DNA from: Epithemia pelagica
Lineage: Eukaryota > Protista > Bacillariophyta
Assembly (NCBI GenBank): GCA_946965045.2
Contig: OX337231.1
Location: 2,294,001-2,358,000, forward strand
DNA length: 64,000 bases
Direction of reading: 5' to 3'
The stretch's first letter is position 1. Every line of letters begins with the position of its first letter. The translations under genes were made by a program, and so were the position numbers. The notes under the pieces were generated by a model that searched no databases, had not been told where the DNA came from, and saw nothing but the letters and a program-made list of their open reading frames with translations. This document shows, in pieces, positions 53,832 through 64,000 of this stretch.

Positions 53832-56333
53832 TCACACATCCTCTTCTGTGTTCAAACTGTCGTTGGTGATTCGTAACGAATCATTTGGACGGCAGCAGTA
53901 GTTGTTTCTGCGGCGAGTGCTGCCGCAAGGACAGTGCGACAATAGGACGGCCATCAAGGTGAGAGTACAGGAGAGTGCCAAACAAGTTTGGTATCCCCAC
54001 AGTTCCATACTGTATCCTCCCACCAAGGCCAGGCAGGACCACGCGCTGTCGCGGAGAATGAAACAGTGTGGGGCACCACCACACGAGAAGGACGACGACA
54101 GTATGACGGAACTTTCATGGTCACAGTGTTGTTGTTGTGGTTGATGTGGTGACTGCAGTCGTTGGATTGCGGCCTGTGCCAAGCCACTTTGCAAGATGGA
54201 CAACAAGAGGACCGCCCACGAATGACGACGCCACAGATCCGAGTCGACCAGGGCCACGACCCATCCACAGACGACCGATACCACGAGAATCATCCAAATT
54301 ACAGAACTAGACTGTTGTTGTGGTTGTTGTCGTTGGAACCAGGATCTCGTTCGGTGTCGGTCCCATCGAGGTCGTCGACGCCGAGCATGAGACGATTGCC
54401 CACAGAACAAGACGAGAGCACCACTGACCACCGGTACCAATTGAACGTGCAACGGCGACAAGTGACAGTCATTTCGTAAAAAGAGGGGCAAAAACAAGGC
54501 GGACAAGCCCGAGGCGGCATGTGCCAGAACATGACACGTCACCTGCCAACAAGCTTGTCGGTCTCGGGTGGGTCTCGTGACAGTGTGAGAAACCACAAGA
54601 CTGGAAGCTGGGTGGTTGTTCCCTTCCCTTGCCCTGTTGTTGGTATTGTTGTTGTGCTCCGGGTGTGTCGTTTCCCTATCCTTTCCATGAAATGTGGGTT
54701 GCAAGGATTGTTGAAAATCCCAGGTATCTTGCGATTCGACAATGAGCAAATCCTGGTCTGGAAATCCTGGATTGCCGTCGTCATCGTGATGACGTTGTTG
54801 CTGCTGAGGGGAGGAGGACGGAGACGCGTCACGATTCCATTGTTCTTCGGCCAAGAGATCAAACAACAATTGTCGCGGATGATCTTCTTCTAATTTTTGC
54901 ATCATGGCTTCGGTCCACTGGATCGTTGGTTTATCGATTGTGGCGGATTTTGTGGTCGTGTCCTCCTTGGGAGTGTGTGGTTGGCATGGTTGATTTTCCT
55001 TGTCTTCTTCTTCTTCACCAGTGTCAGTATTGGTATCATCCTGTGCACCACCACCACCAGGCCATGGGTTGGTGGGGCTAAAGGAAAAGAGAGGAGAGGG
55101 GGTTGGCCTGGTACTAGTAGCAGTCTTGAGATTCATCTTTTGAATATTGTCGTCGTCGTGATGATGCAATGACAGTGGCGATTCCAAGGACGACGGCGTA
55201 TCCATCGTGGTGGTCCAGTGTCGGGGATGGGAGAGGGTGGTTAAAGTGGTTCCCGAATCGGTGGGACTAAACAAAAACAGGTTGGCGGCGGCGGCGGAAT
55301 CGTCGTGATTGCCAGGAGACGCTGGTTCCCATTCGTGCGTAACATTGTTGGCGTCTGACTCCTCCTCCTCCTCCTCTCCAGTACGACTGTCCTGGTCATG
55401 AGGAGTAGTGGCAGACGGGGTCAACCTCCAAGAACGGAACCACCACAAGACCCACAATCGCATCATTACCGTCATGTGCAACCCGCCTTCCAACCCAAAC
55501 CCAGTGTAGAGAATGGCTTGTAGCGTGGACGTGGTCCAGTGATTGCCCGTCCACGCAAACATCACCATGGTCAGTACGGGTCCAACCGTACGGGCCAGGA
55601 CATGGCGACTCTGAAGCTTGGAGAATTTGGTGGTTCGCACAAGTGGTATTGTTGTGGTTGTTGTTGGAACAGCAGCAGCTTCCGTAGAAGTGGTTGCCAC
55701 ATTGGTGGACCCAGTCGTGGTTAAAATTCCTAAAACGCCCCTGCGCATACCCCAAACGAGGACAAACGCCATCCAAGCCTCGGTGGCATGCCAGGACACA
55801 ATGATTCCCATTGTGGCAAGGCCTTGAAGTACAAATGTGGCAATCATCAGAATCCAAGCCACCAAAAGCCAGGAGTGGGACGACCCGAAACCAATGTGGC
55901 ACGACACTGAACCACCGTAACCGAATGACACGGTCAAGAGCAGCCACACAACCATCATGGCCCCACCCTGGAGGGCTTGCAACCCTCCCACGAATGCCGG
56001 AGTAGTGGACCAAGTACCATCATTGTCGTCGTCGTCCTGGAAGGAACCAAGGTAGAGGACCCAAATGGCACCACCCCACAACGACTCGGAACAGGATTGT
56101 CCCAACGAGAGCCACTGCCACCCAAGGCCACCCTGATCTATCCAATAACCAGACTCCTGAGGCGGTTCGATGGGTGGGTCATTGTCATGATCGCTGCTCG
56201 TGTGGCCTTGATCATTTTCGTGGTGGGTGTCATGTTCTTCTTCTCCTTCTTCTTCGTGGATTGTCACCGACAAGAGCGGTTCTCTTAAGGTATCCTCGAG
56301 GAGGGAAGGGGTGATATTTTGGCTGTCCATCAT
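53832..56333 (-). CDS. Multi-pass membrane protein, probably a divergent MFS transporter with a large acidic/disordered central loop
   Basis: Two clusters of hydrophobic helices (e.g. SESLWGGAIWVLYL, FVGGLQALQG; ASGLSALFLPLF, GGYSMELWGY) separated by about 250 aa of low-complexity sequence. Confidence 0.55.
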   Translation of the reverse strand: MMDSQNITPSLLEDTLREPLLSVTIHEEEGEEEHDTHHENDQGHTSSDHDNDPPIEPPQESGYWIDQGGLGWQWLSLGQSCSESLWGGAIWVLYLGSFQDDDDNDGTWSTTPAFVGGLQALQGGAMMVVWLLLTVSFGYGGSVSCHIGFGSSHSWLLVAWILMIATFVLQGLATMGIIVSWHATEAWMAFVLVWGMRRGVLGILTTTGSTNVATTSTEAAAVPTTTTTIPLVRTTKFSKLQSRHVLARTVGPVLTMVMFAWTGNHWTTSTLQAILYTGFGLEGGLHMTVMMRLWVLWWFRSWRLTPSATTPHDQDSRTGEEEEEESDANNVTHEWEPASPGNHDDSAAAANLFLFSPTDSGTTLTTLSHPRHWTTTMDTPSSLESPLSLHHHDDDNIQKMNLKTATSTRPTPSPLFSFSPTNPWPGGGGAQDDTNTDTGEEEEDKENQPCQPHTPKEDTTTKSATIDKPTIQWTEAMMQKLEEDHPRQLLFDLLAEEQWNRDASPSSSPQQQQRHHDDDGNPGFPDQDLLIVESQDTWDFQQSLQPTFHGKDRETTHPEHNNNTNNRAREGNNHPASSLVVSHTVTRPTRDRQACWQVTCHVLAHAASGLSALFLPLFLRNDCHLSPLHVQLVPVVSGALVLFCGQSSHARRRRPRWDRHRTRSWFQRQQPQQQSSSVIWMILVVSVVCGWVVALVDSDLWRRHSWAVLLLSILQSGLAQAAIQRLQSPHQPQQQHCDHESSVILSSSFSCGGAPHCFILRDSAWSCLALVGGYSMELWGYQTCLALSCTLTLMAVLLSHCPCGSTRRRNNYCCRPNDSLRITNDSLNTEEDV

Positions 56334-56930
56334 TTTGTTCTTGTTGTCGTCGCGTTCCTCCTTTGCATTGACGCCAGAAATGGACCCTTTACACAGTCCA
56401 GACACAACACAGAAAACCACACACTACGTTTTCTTCTCTTTTTCTGTCCAGCCAACAAGCCACACCACACGCAAATGGGCTCAACCCTCTTATCCTTCTT
56501 GTTCTTGAATCCTCGTCTCGTAAGAAGGTGTATTCTCTTGGAGGTTGGTTACGATTTACGATCCTGGAAAGAGAGATTCGCACTTGTCGCTTGTGAACAA
56601 AACACGGCACAATTATTGAAAAATTGAAAACGAGAGATCAAAAAGTCAGGGTACGGACGGCGCGCCCAACTGTAAACATGTCCGGCGCGGAGACAGCGGA
56701 CCATTTTACGCGGGACTGACAGATCACGAAGTATGGCCCCTCTTGAATTCGGGGGTACGCGTTTCTGTCTCGCTGCGTCAGGTCAGCTTCAGAGTTTGGT
56801 CCACCGCACCGCCATTCACTGCGTGCGTGTAATTTTGGATATGGATGATTGTTCATCGTCTCTCTCTCTCTCTTGACTTGTCGATCGGTGTCGAGTGGAC
56901 GATAGAAATCCTTGCCGAAGAAACGCAAAC

Positions 56931-58211
56931 ATGAAGCCGTCGTCGTCTTCGTCATTGTCTCTGCTGAATCGAATTTGTCGCACAATTGTGGCATCGTCTT
57001 CTTCTTCTTCTTCTTCTTCGTTTTGTACTCGACGGAGACCCGCAGCGGGGTACTACCGATCATCCTCCATATTCGTTCGGTCGTTTGCGTCGTCGGACCA
57101 AAGTGCAACCAATGCGTTTGATCGAGACGTGAAACGACAACAACGAGACAATGCGGCTCGCGCTCATCAAGCGTGGAGAAATCATGCCCTTCAACAACAA
57201 CAACAACAACAACAACAACAAGAGGCACAACACTCTTCCAGTGCTGGTCGTCGACGACGACCAGAGCCGGTGGTTTCCTACGATTATATTCGAGAAGAAA
57301 TTGCCGTCCGTCTGGTAGATCGTTTGGATGACATTCAGCGAGAGGAAGGTTTTCCGTTGGCCTTGGATGTGGGAGCGGGCGCCGGCTATGTCCATCGAGC
57401 CATTTGTGCCGAAGCCGCCTTGCAGGAGGGAGGAGGCGGTATTGGAGGGGTCAAGAAATTGGTCCAATTGGATTCTTCTCATGGCATGCTCCATCGGGAT
57501 GCCGACATTCCCGTCAAGGGCGGAGATCTTTGTGATTCCTATCGTCTCGAACTGGATGAGGAAGCCAAATTGCCCTTTCCTTCGGGAACCTTTGATTTAG
57601 TCACGAGTTGCGCCTCGCTGCATTGGGTCAACAATCTTCCGGGAGTCTTGTCGGAAATCCAGCGCGTTTTGAAACCCGACGGATGTTTCATGTGGGCCAT
57701 GATTGGTGGTACCACCTTACCGGAACTCCGCGTCGCCCTCCTCATGGCGGAATTGGAACGCGAAGGCGGTGTGAGTCCCCATGTGGGACCCTTTGTCGAC
57801 ATGGCCGATGTGGGCGGACTCTTGCAACGTGCCGGCTTTACCTTGCCCACGATTGATGTGGACACCTTTCAGGTATCCTTTCCCAATGCCGCCATTCTCA
57901 TGGAACATTTGCAACGCATGGGAGAAAACAGTGCCGGCATTCAACGCAAACCCACCCGGACCGGTCGCGATACCTTTTTGGCCGCCACGTGTATTTACGA
58001 CGAATTGTATGGAGTGGACCTGGAACCAAACAACAACAACAACTCAACTAGCAATTCCTCGGAACATCCACCGGTCCAGACGGAAATTGAAGCCACTGTC
58101 AATGTCATTTATGCCATTGGATGGACGCCGCATGAATCACAGCAAAAACCCTTGGAGCGAGGATCGGCCACGCATCGAATACAAGATCATGTTGGACACG
58201 AACCCAAATGA
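56931..58211 (+). CDS. NDUFAF5: Mitochondrial complex I assembly factor NDUFAF5 (SAM-dependent)
   Basis: AFDRDVKRQQRD, YDYIREEIAVRLVDRL, ALDVGAG, LHWVNNLPG, GGTTLPELR, EREGGVSPHV. Ser/Arg-rich presequence. Confidence 0.92.
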   Translation: MKPSSSSSLSLLNRICRTIVASSSSSSSSSFCTRRRPAAGYYRSSSIFVRSFASSDQSATNAFDRDVKRQQRDNAARAHQAWRNHALQQQQQQQQQQEAQHSSSAGRRRRPEPVVSYDYIREEIAVRLVDRLDDIQREEGFPLALDVGAGAGYVHRAICAEAALQEGGGGIGGVKKLVQLDSSHGMLHRDADIPVKGGDLCDSYRLELDEEAKLPFPSGTFDLVTSCASLHWVNNLPGVLSEIQRVLKPDGCFMWAMIGGTTLPELRVALLMAELEREGGVSPHVGPFVDMADVGGLLQRAGFTLPTIDVDTFQVSFPNAAILMEHLQRMGENSAGIQRKPTRTGRDTFLAATCIYDELYGVDLEPNNNNNSTSNSSEHPPVQTEIEATVNVIYAIGWTPHESQQKPLERGSATHRIQDHVGHEPK

Positions 58212-58711
58212 AGGAATTGGCGTGTGTCGTGTTGTAGGATTCATTCTATGGCATCCAAAAGGCTGCAACATGGTGGATCGACCGAACCCCGTCGAAGTTG
58301 TACCATTCCGTTCCATGTACTAACGAGGCATTGCAAACGGAAAGACACTTGACCAAAATCGGTGGCTAAGCATCGATGATCAAGGACCAAGGATGTTGCT
58401 AGCGCCGTGTTCTAACAAATCACCACCGTATCGAGACGAGAAAACAAAACGAATGTAGTAGTTGCTAAAGCAGGAGACCAGAAAAGAAACAAGTATAGTG
58501 GCCAACAAGAGACGTTTAGTGTTCTTCTTTTACTCACAATCCAGCGTAATTACGACCAGTGAATGTGCTAAAATTAAGCTGTAAAGTAGCGAGAAGGCTG
58601 GCTGTCGGAAACGGTCACTGGCACCCACCGTGGTCTTTGATACACAAAGACTTGTTCTCTCGGTAGCGCAATGTTCCAGTTGCCCAACAGTTCCACACAC
58701 ACACTCTCTCT

Positions 58712-60506
58712 CTACACCAAAAGAGGAGTGCTTTCTCCCGCTGTCAGGTCGCTGCTGTCTGGCATTTGTCCAGTTGCCATGCGCGCAATACTTTCTCGAA
58801 CCTTAATGGCGTGTTTGTCCCAGTCGAGCAACAGGTATCCCATAGCCAAGACCACTTGCAAAAAGGTATAGCAAATTCCCAGTACTTTCCATTGCACCAG
58901 CAGTCCCCCATGTTGGAACACGGCAAAGTAAAAGACGGATGGCATGGTAACGCAATAGAGAGCAGTCGAAATGATTGCTGCGGCTCGCCATTGCATTCCC
59001 AACGCTCGGAGTATGGCCGCGGATATCCCCATAATGTAAATCAAAAACTCGTAGTAGGACAAAGTGGGCCAAATCCCCAGAGCCAGCTCTGTCGCAGTGT
59101 CATCGTTGGTAAAGGACCCAATAATCTCGTACCGAAAGAAATGAAGCATGACGGCAATGATCGCGCCGATCAATGCAATAAACGCCATGCAGCTAGTCGC
59201 AATCAGACGAGCCTTTTGCGGATTGATACCAATCACACTTCCCATACGAACGGACAACCCGATGCCCACACCCAAGGGCAACATGAAAAGCAATGGGACT
59301 GTGTTGACAATGAGTGAAAAGTGAGTCACGGAGTCTACATCCGCTGTAGATTGTGTCTACTTTTTTCTACGTACCGAGATTGTAGGCGATGGTATGGGCA
59401 TCGAGGGATTCCACACCAAAACTTCCTGCAATAAAGCACTATGGGAAACGACGAGAAATGCAAAAGATGAGTCAGAAACCCCTCAAGAGTTCCGTACAAT
59501 ATAGGCAACAGGGTTTCGGCGTACCATGATTTCAAAAAACCACCACTCATTCACACTGAGAATACCGCCCAAGGCTAGTCGCAGGTAACGCCACGTGCCA
59601 TCCAATTCACAGGCCCCCACAAGAAACTTCCACGATATGCCAGGCCATGTTTCAGGCTTGTGAACTGGTCTCCACCACAAGAGAGCCAAGAGTAAGAGAA
59701 GCGTTGCCCATTGTACCAAGGCAATGGAGAGCGCCGAGCCCTCGAGTCCAAGACGAGGGACAAAATATGCCAAAAGGAACGGATGCATCACAAGAGTTGG
59801 AATTAAAGAAGCAATGACCAGCATCCATGGTTTGTTTTGTGACAACAGAAAGCGCATAAAGACTCGAAAAATCAAGTTGGGCGCGGCGCCAATAAAGTAC
59901 ATTCGGATCCATGATTGCGCCAAGGAACTGGCTTCTTCATCCTGCCCGAGTGCTTGTAATATCCGGCTACTAAACAAGCAGAGAGGCAGGACGGGAATGG
60001 ACAACAAAAAGAACCCAACCACTGTGGCACGGATAGCCAGACGACCAACCTCCTCGTACCGATGTGCCCCGAATGCACGAGGCATGAGAGTGTCCGCACT
60101 GAAAAGACTGCCTTCCATAATAGACAAACATGTCAGGTTTCCAACCAAGGCTCCTAACGAGAATCCCCCGAGTGCGACTCTGTGAATTCAGATTTCAGAT
60201 ACAAGCGAGTTCCATTATGGTCGACGGCACGTTTTGTCAGAACTTTCGATTTCTCAATGATACAAGGGCGTGAATCAAAACTTACGGTCCAAGCTGTCGA
60301 CCAACAACAGATGCCGAAAGAGGGAAAATAAAGTACAATGCAAACTGCATCAGCACACTTGGGAGGCTTATCTGAAATAACCGACAAGATTCTTTCCATA
60401 ATCGGAACGGGCCATCGTCCAGGCCTGCGGTCGAAAAGGACGACGTCCGATGCTTCTCGGAATCATCCTTATGGTCGTCCTTGTGTCCACTTCCATTGGG
60501 AGCCAT
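58712..60506 (-). CDS. MATE family efflux transporter (4 exons)
   Basis: Exons 60506-60286, 60179-59525, 59438-59375 and 59298-58712 splice in frame with GT-AG introns. Motifs DTLMPRAFGA, EWWFFEI, AHTIAYNL, SVRMGSVIG. Confidence 0.92.
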
Positions 60507-61145
60507 TTATGGCAATGGGTTTCTGAAATGGTTTACTTGAGGCTGGGAATGGGAATTGGGAATAGAACTTTTGAGGTGAAGTTGAATGACAGCACAATGT
60601 CCATTGTGGTCGAAGGAATCGTGGAATGAATTTCGAATTTTGAGACCACGACGGGTGTCGGTGTCCGTGACACTGATGTCATCGGCACACTCATTAATTC
60701 TTGAGCGCTCCTATATCTTACAACTAAAAAATATATTATAGAATCGAATCTTCGACGTACTCTGAGGTGTGATCTCATTCACTCAATCGCAGAAATAATA
60801 CATGCCAACCATATACGGGTAGTCTCACGCCTACCTACCTTCAGTAATGCTCCTCTAGATGTTGCCATGTCGAATGTCGATGTCGACATATACTCTTCCC
60901 TACAAAAGGCTACGAGTATGTTCATCTAGCACTACTCCTACTCCGGGATGAGTTAAAGAAAAGACAGGCACTGATGCTGAACAAAAGACTGAGACTCAAA
61001 GGTTACAACTCGGAAAACAGTTTTTATCAAGAAGACATCTCAGTTTGCCCACAGAGTTCAGAACATGACACTTTCTTGGAACCGATATAACAGACGTTGG
61101 AATAGGGTGGATGTCGTACAATCATCACATTTCAAATTGTTGATA

Positions 61146-62041
61146 CTACCATTCTAAATCTTCGGGTCTCACTGGATGATCCAATGGAACTATACTCTCC
61201 TTGTTGACATCTCTGGAGAATCCAGCAAGCGACAGCATCAAAAGACCAAAACACGTATACACGAGTTACTGAGACAATCGAGCAATCGAATCTTTCAAAT
61301 GGAGGATCGTGCACAAACTTACCGAGGGAGAGCTTTTCGCATATCCAAGGCATCTTCTGGTAGTTCTCCCGAATAGTATCCCAACACTCGGCGATACGTC
61401 ACATATCCAAACTTGTTGTACATGCTAATGGCCAAATGATTACTCCTGTTGCAAAATGATGTGAGTGAATGAAGCTGGAGATGTGTATAGGTAGCCCCTT
61501 GTTTCACGGTGCAGAAACTTACGCTCGCACAAAAAGATCCACGAAGTAAGCATTGTAGGTATGGATCGAAACATCTTCAAAGTATTGCATTAGTGTTTTG
61601 GCCAAACCCAAACGTCGATACATTGGTGCAACGGTTACGGCAGAGACATGACCATGCCACAAATTCCCATCACCTTCTGCTTTCCCAAGCACATACCCCA
61701 TTATCTGTCCATTGGAGGACTCCGCAACTGTACGGACAAGCGAAAAACAAAGACGAGAAAATTAGTGCAAAGATCGTTCAACACCTCATCATCTCTCCAT
61801 TATCATCCATGAAGGCTTCAATGCACCTTACCAAGAAAGGACTCTGGCCACCTCGAAAGATATGACATGTAAAAAGCTCCTAAAAGTGATGAAAGAGAAT
61901 ATTGAGTGTGTCAGGGGCACCAAGGAAGATCACCCACTATGGTTTCTATCCCATACCATTGTAAGTTTCTGTCAAGATATCGAGGTTCACGTTGTTAAAC
62001 TTGAGGAGATCATCCATCCGGAATTGGCGAAGTGTCGTCAT
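61146..62041 (-). CDS. NAA20: N-terminal acetyltransferase B catalytic subunit (5 exons)
   Basis: Spliced product MTTLRQFRMDDLLKFNNVNLDILTETYN / FYMSYLSRWPE / MGYVLGKAEG..WHGHVSAVTVAP / FVDLFVRASN / YRRVLGYY / RDVNKESIVPLDHPVRPEDLEW. All junctions are GT-AG and in phase. Confidence 0.95.
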
Positions 62042-62229
62042 GGTTGCAGAGTGCAGAGACACAGAATTTGGCAAATCGATTTTTGAAAATGATTACTGAG
62101 ACCGAAAGACTACCAAAACGCGACTAACCTTATCTTCTCTTTTTTCGACAGTCGTATTTTTTATTGATCAAAGTGCGCTTCTGACCATGGTAGAACTACG
62201 ACCGGGCAACCTATGCTGAACCCGTAACA

Positions 62230-64000
62230 ATGGAAGATGACTGCTTTTCAATAGCGGACTCAAGCATAACCTCGGTTTCTCTCAATCCTACGTATTCAGA
62301 AGAAGATCGGGAGGGTATTTCATTGTTGCGGCAAATTTTTACGGACGAACCTGTTGAAGAACTGCGAAGAATTCATCAGTCTCGCTTACAGCGTGTATCC
62401 ACCAGTCAAGATGAAATGTCGACTGACCAAGCTTCAGCGGATGAGGAAAGAAAAGGACGAGGGGCGATGAACATTGAAAGATTTGATTTGCCAGATGATT
62501 TCTTGAGATTGCCTTCGTCTGTTGCTGTTCTTCGATACCAAGGTGAGACAAGGAACGGCGTCAGCAAGCAATCCGTTTACCGTTACGAATCGCTCTCTGT
62601 TATGCAGCAACGCATTATGCAACAAATCAACTCCAAAAGCTATCCGAATCATCTCGGTGAAATTGCTGGTTTGAGTGAGAGGCTGTTTCTGTCTCGTCCG
62701 GAAGCTCAAGTATTCACGAGGGCTGTGGTTCGCAATGCCCAGATTGGTCTGGGAATGACCCTGCATTATGAGAATAACGTCGTCAAGGTACACTCTGTTG
62801 CAGCAACGATTGGTGATTCAGATTCTTTTGCACGGTCGGAAACTCAAGTTGGTCCAGCCATGCACGCTGGTATCAACCCTGACGATATTGTTCTTGGTTT
62901 CAACGGCAACATCTTGACCAGCTACATAAATCGACAGGAGATTAGCGGAGATGATGTGCTGATAAATGTGGTTGAGGTAATTCGGAGCTCTCCAGATCCA
63001 GTCGTCGTTCATGTTTGCAGAATTCCTGTGAAGGAAAAGCACACGCAACCTGGCATTAACTTTTCGGGTGCTTCATTGCTGGATGAGACTGTACTGGACT
63101 CTTCTACAGATGATATCGACACAAAACCGAATATGGCGAGGGGCCGTCCAGAGCACCCACCAATATGGTCCACTCCCTCTTTTGGACAGAATGGAGAGCC
63201 TCAGATTCACGGACTCATCAATCTCTTGTCGTCCCGAGGCTTGGTCCCTTCTAGCGAAGAGGCCTTGGATCTGAGTGCGGCAATGGCCAGATTCAATGAG
63301 CGTGCGTGGGAAATGGAATCTTTCTCCTCGCTTCGGCTGAATCACGGGCGATCTGGGAAGATCAATGATACATTGATCCCTTTGGTTGGCGTTCGAAAGG
63401 CTCTCAGTGTACGAATTGTCAACTACTTTACAGAAGGCAATCGAACGGCCTATACAATATGGGTCTATGACGTTGAATCCGGACAGGAATGGTACGCCCC
63501 CGTTCGCTACTTTGAAGACTTTGCCGACCTTCGACATGCTGCGGCAGGTCTGATTCCACGGTTTGGGAAGCTGCCCTTTCCTCGACAGACCAAGTCGATT
63601 TTTGGCAGTCCTCGCTCCAATACACCCGCCTTGTTGGAAAGTCGATGCTGGCAACTCGAAAAGTTTCTCCGTGCTCTGTGCAGCTCCCTTTATGATCATG
63701 AACTCCATGCTTCCACGGGCGAAGTCGCGATACATGTCCAATCATTCTTGGGTTGCGAGACCGTGAAATTCCATCCTGTTGTCGGATACGAGTCCCGGGA
63801 CGAGACGACTTCCAACCTTGATCTAAGCATGAAGAATGCCTTGAAACGAAGTTTTCAGTTCTACACTTATCGCGTATTCCTGCTAAAGCCATTGGCGTAT
63901 ATTGTGGATGATTTTGTGGAGAACATGCGGCAGAAATGTCCGTCACTTCAAGATCTTGAAGGCATTGAGTCTCAAGGAGTAGCTACCCTCCAGCAAATGG
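62230..64000 (+). CDS. PDZ and PX domain protein (sorting-nexin-like), truncated by the window end
   Basis: Frame opens at ATG 62230 and appears to stay open to the window end. PDZ: IGLGMTL..GPAMHAGINPDDIVLGFNG. PX: TAYTIWVYD..VRYFEDFADLR..LPFP..SRCWQLEKFL. Confidence 0.8.
   Translation, partial: MEDDCFSIADSSITSVSLNPTYSEEDREGISLLRQIFTDEPVEELRRIHQSRLQRVSTSQDEMSTDQASADEERKGRGAMNIERFDLPDDFLRLPSSVAVLRYQGETRNGVSKQSVYRYESLSVMQQRIMQQINSKSYPNHLGEIAGLSERLFLSRPEAQVFTRAVVRNAQIGLGMTLHYENNVVKVHSVAATIGDSDSFARSETQVGPAMHAGINPDDIVLGFNGNILTSYINRQEISGDDVLINVVEVIRSSPDPVVVHVCRIPVKEKHTQPGINFSGASLLDETVLDSSTDDIDTKPNMARGRPEHPPIWSTPSFGQNGEPQIHGLINLLSSRGLVPSSEEALDLSAAMARFNERAWEMESFSSLRLNHGRSGKINDTLIPLVGVRKALSVRIVNYFTEGNRTAYTIWVYDVESGQEWYAPVRYFEDFADLRHAAAGLIPRFGKLPFPRQTKSIFGSPRSNTPALLESRCWQLEKFLRALCSSLYDHELHASTGEVAIHVQSFLGCETVKFHPVVGYESRDETTSNLDLSMKNALKRSFQFYTYRVFLLKPLAYIVDDFVENMRQKCPSLQDLEGIESQGVATLQQM

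Noticed and set aside
61146-62041. NAA20 (NatB) lies about 25 kb from the NAA80-ACTMAP fusion, suggesting an actin-maturation gene cluster
   Set aside because: About ten unrelated genes intervene and NatB is a general housekeeping enzyme. It acts on Met-Asp/Glu/Asn/Gln starts, which may not apply to this organism's actin (no actin gene is in the window). Only conserved synteny would revive the idea.

Overview
Eukaryotic window, most likely a pennate diatom. This is inferred from short GT-AG introns, diatom-type (CoDi-like) Ty1/copia elements, a signal peptide plus ASAF-type plastid-targeting motif, and a class C GPCR. I find about 20 host genes and no rRNA, tRNA or CRISPR. A 16.3-kb triple-nested transposon block spans 16669-32989: an older copia (TG..CA LTRs) contains a younger copia with identical LTRs and non-canonical AG..CT ends, which in turn contains a 940-bp TIR element. 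A 3.9-kb TTAA-flanked piggyBac element (39837-43717) carries a second, convergent gene that resembles the P2X7 cytoplasmic ballast domain. Best candidates for undescribed systems: (1) a single ORF fusing an NAA80-like actin N-acetyltransferase to an ACTMAP-like actin maturation protease; (2) a class C GPCR whose ectodomain is a catalytically dead 5'-nucleotidase (CD73/UshA fold) that keeps its nucleotide-binding residues; (3) the ballast-domain cargo gene in piggyBac; (4) a predicted plastid STN7/STN8-like kinase-PDZ-PP2C fusion. All family assignments come from motifs recognised by eye and from recalled reference sequences. No database search was run.
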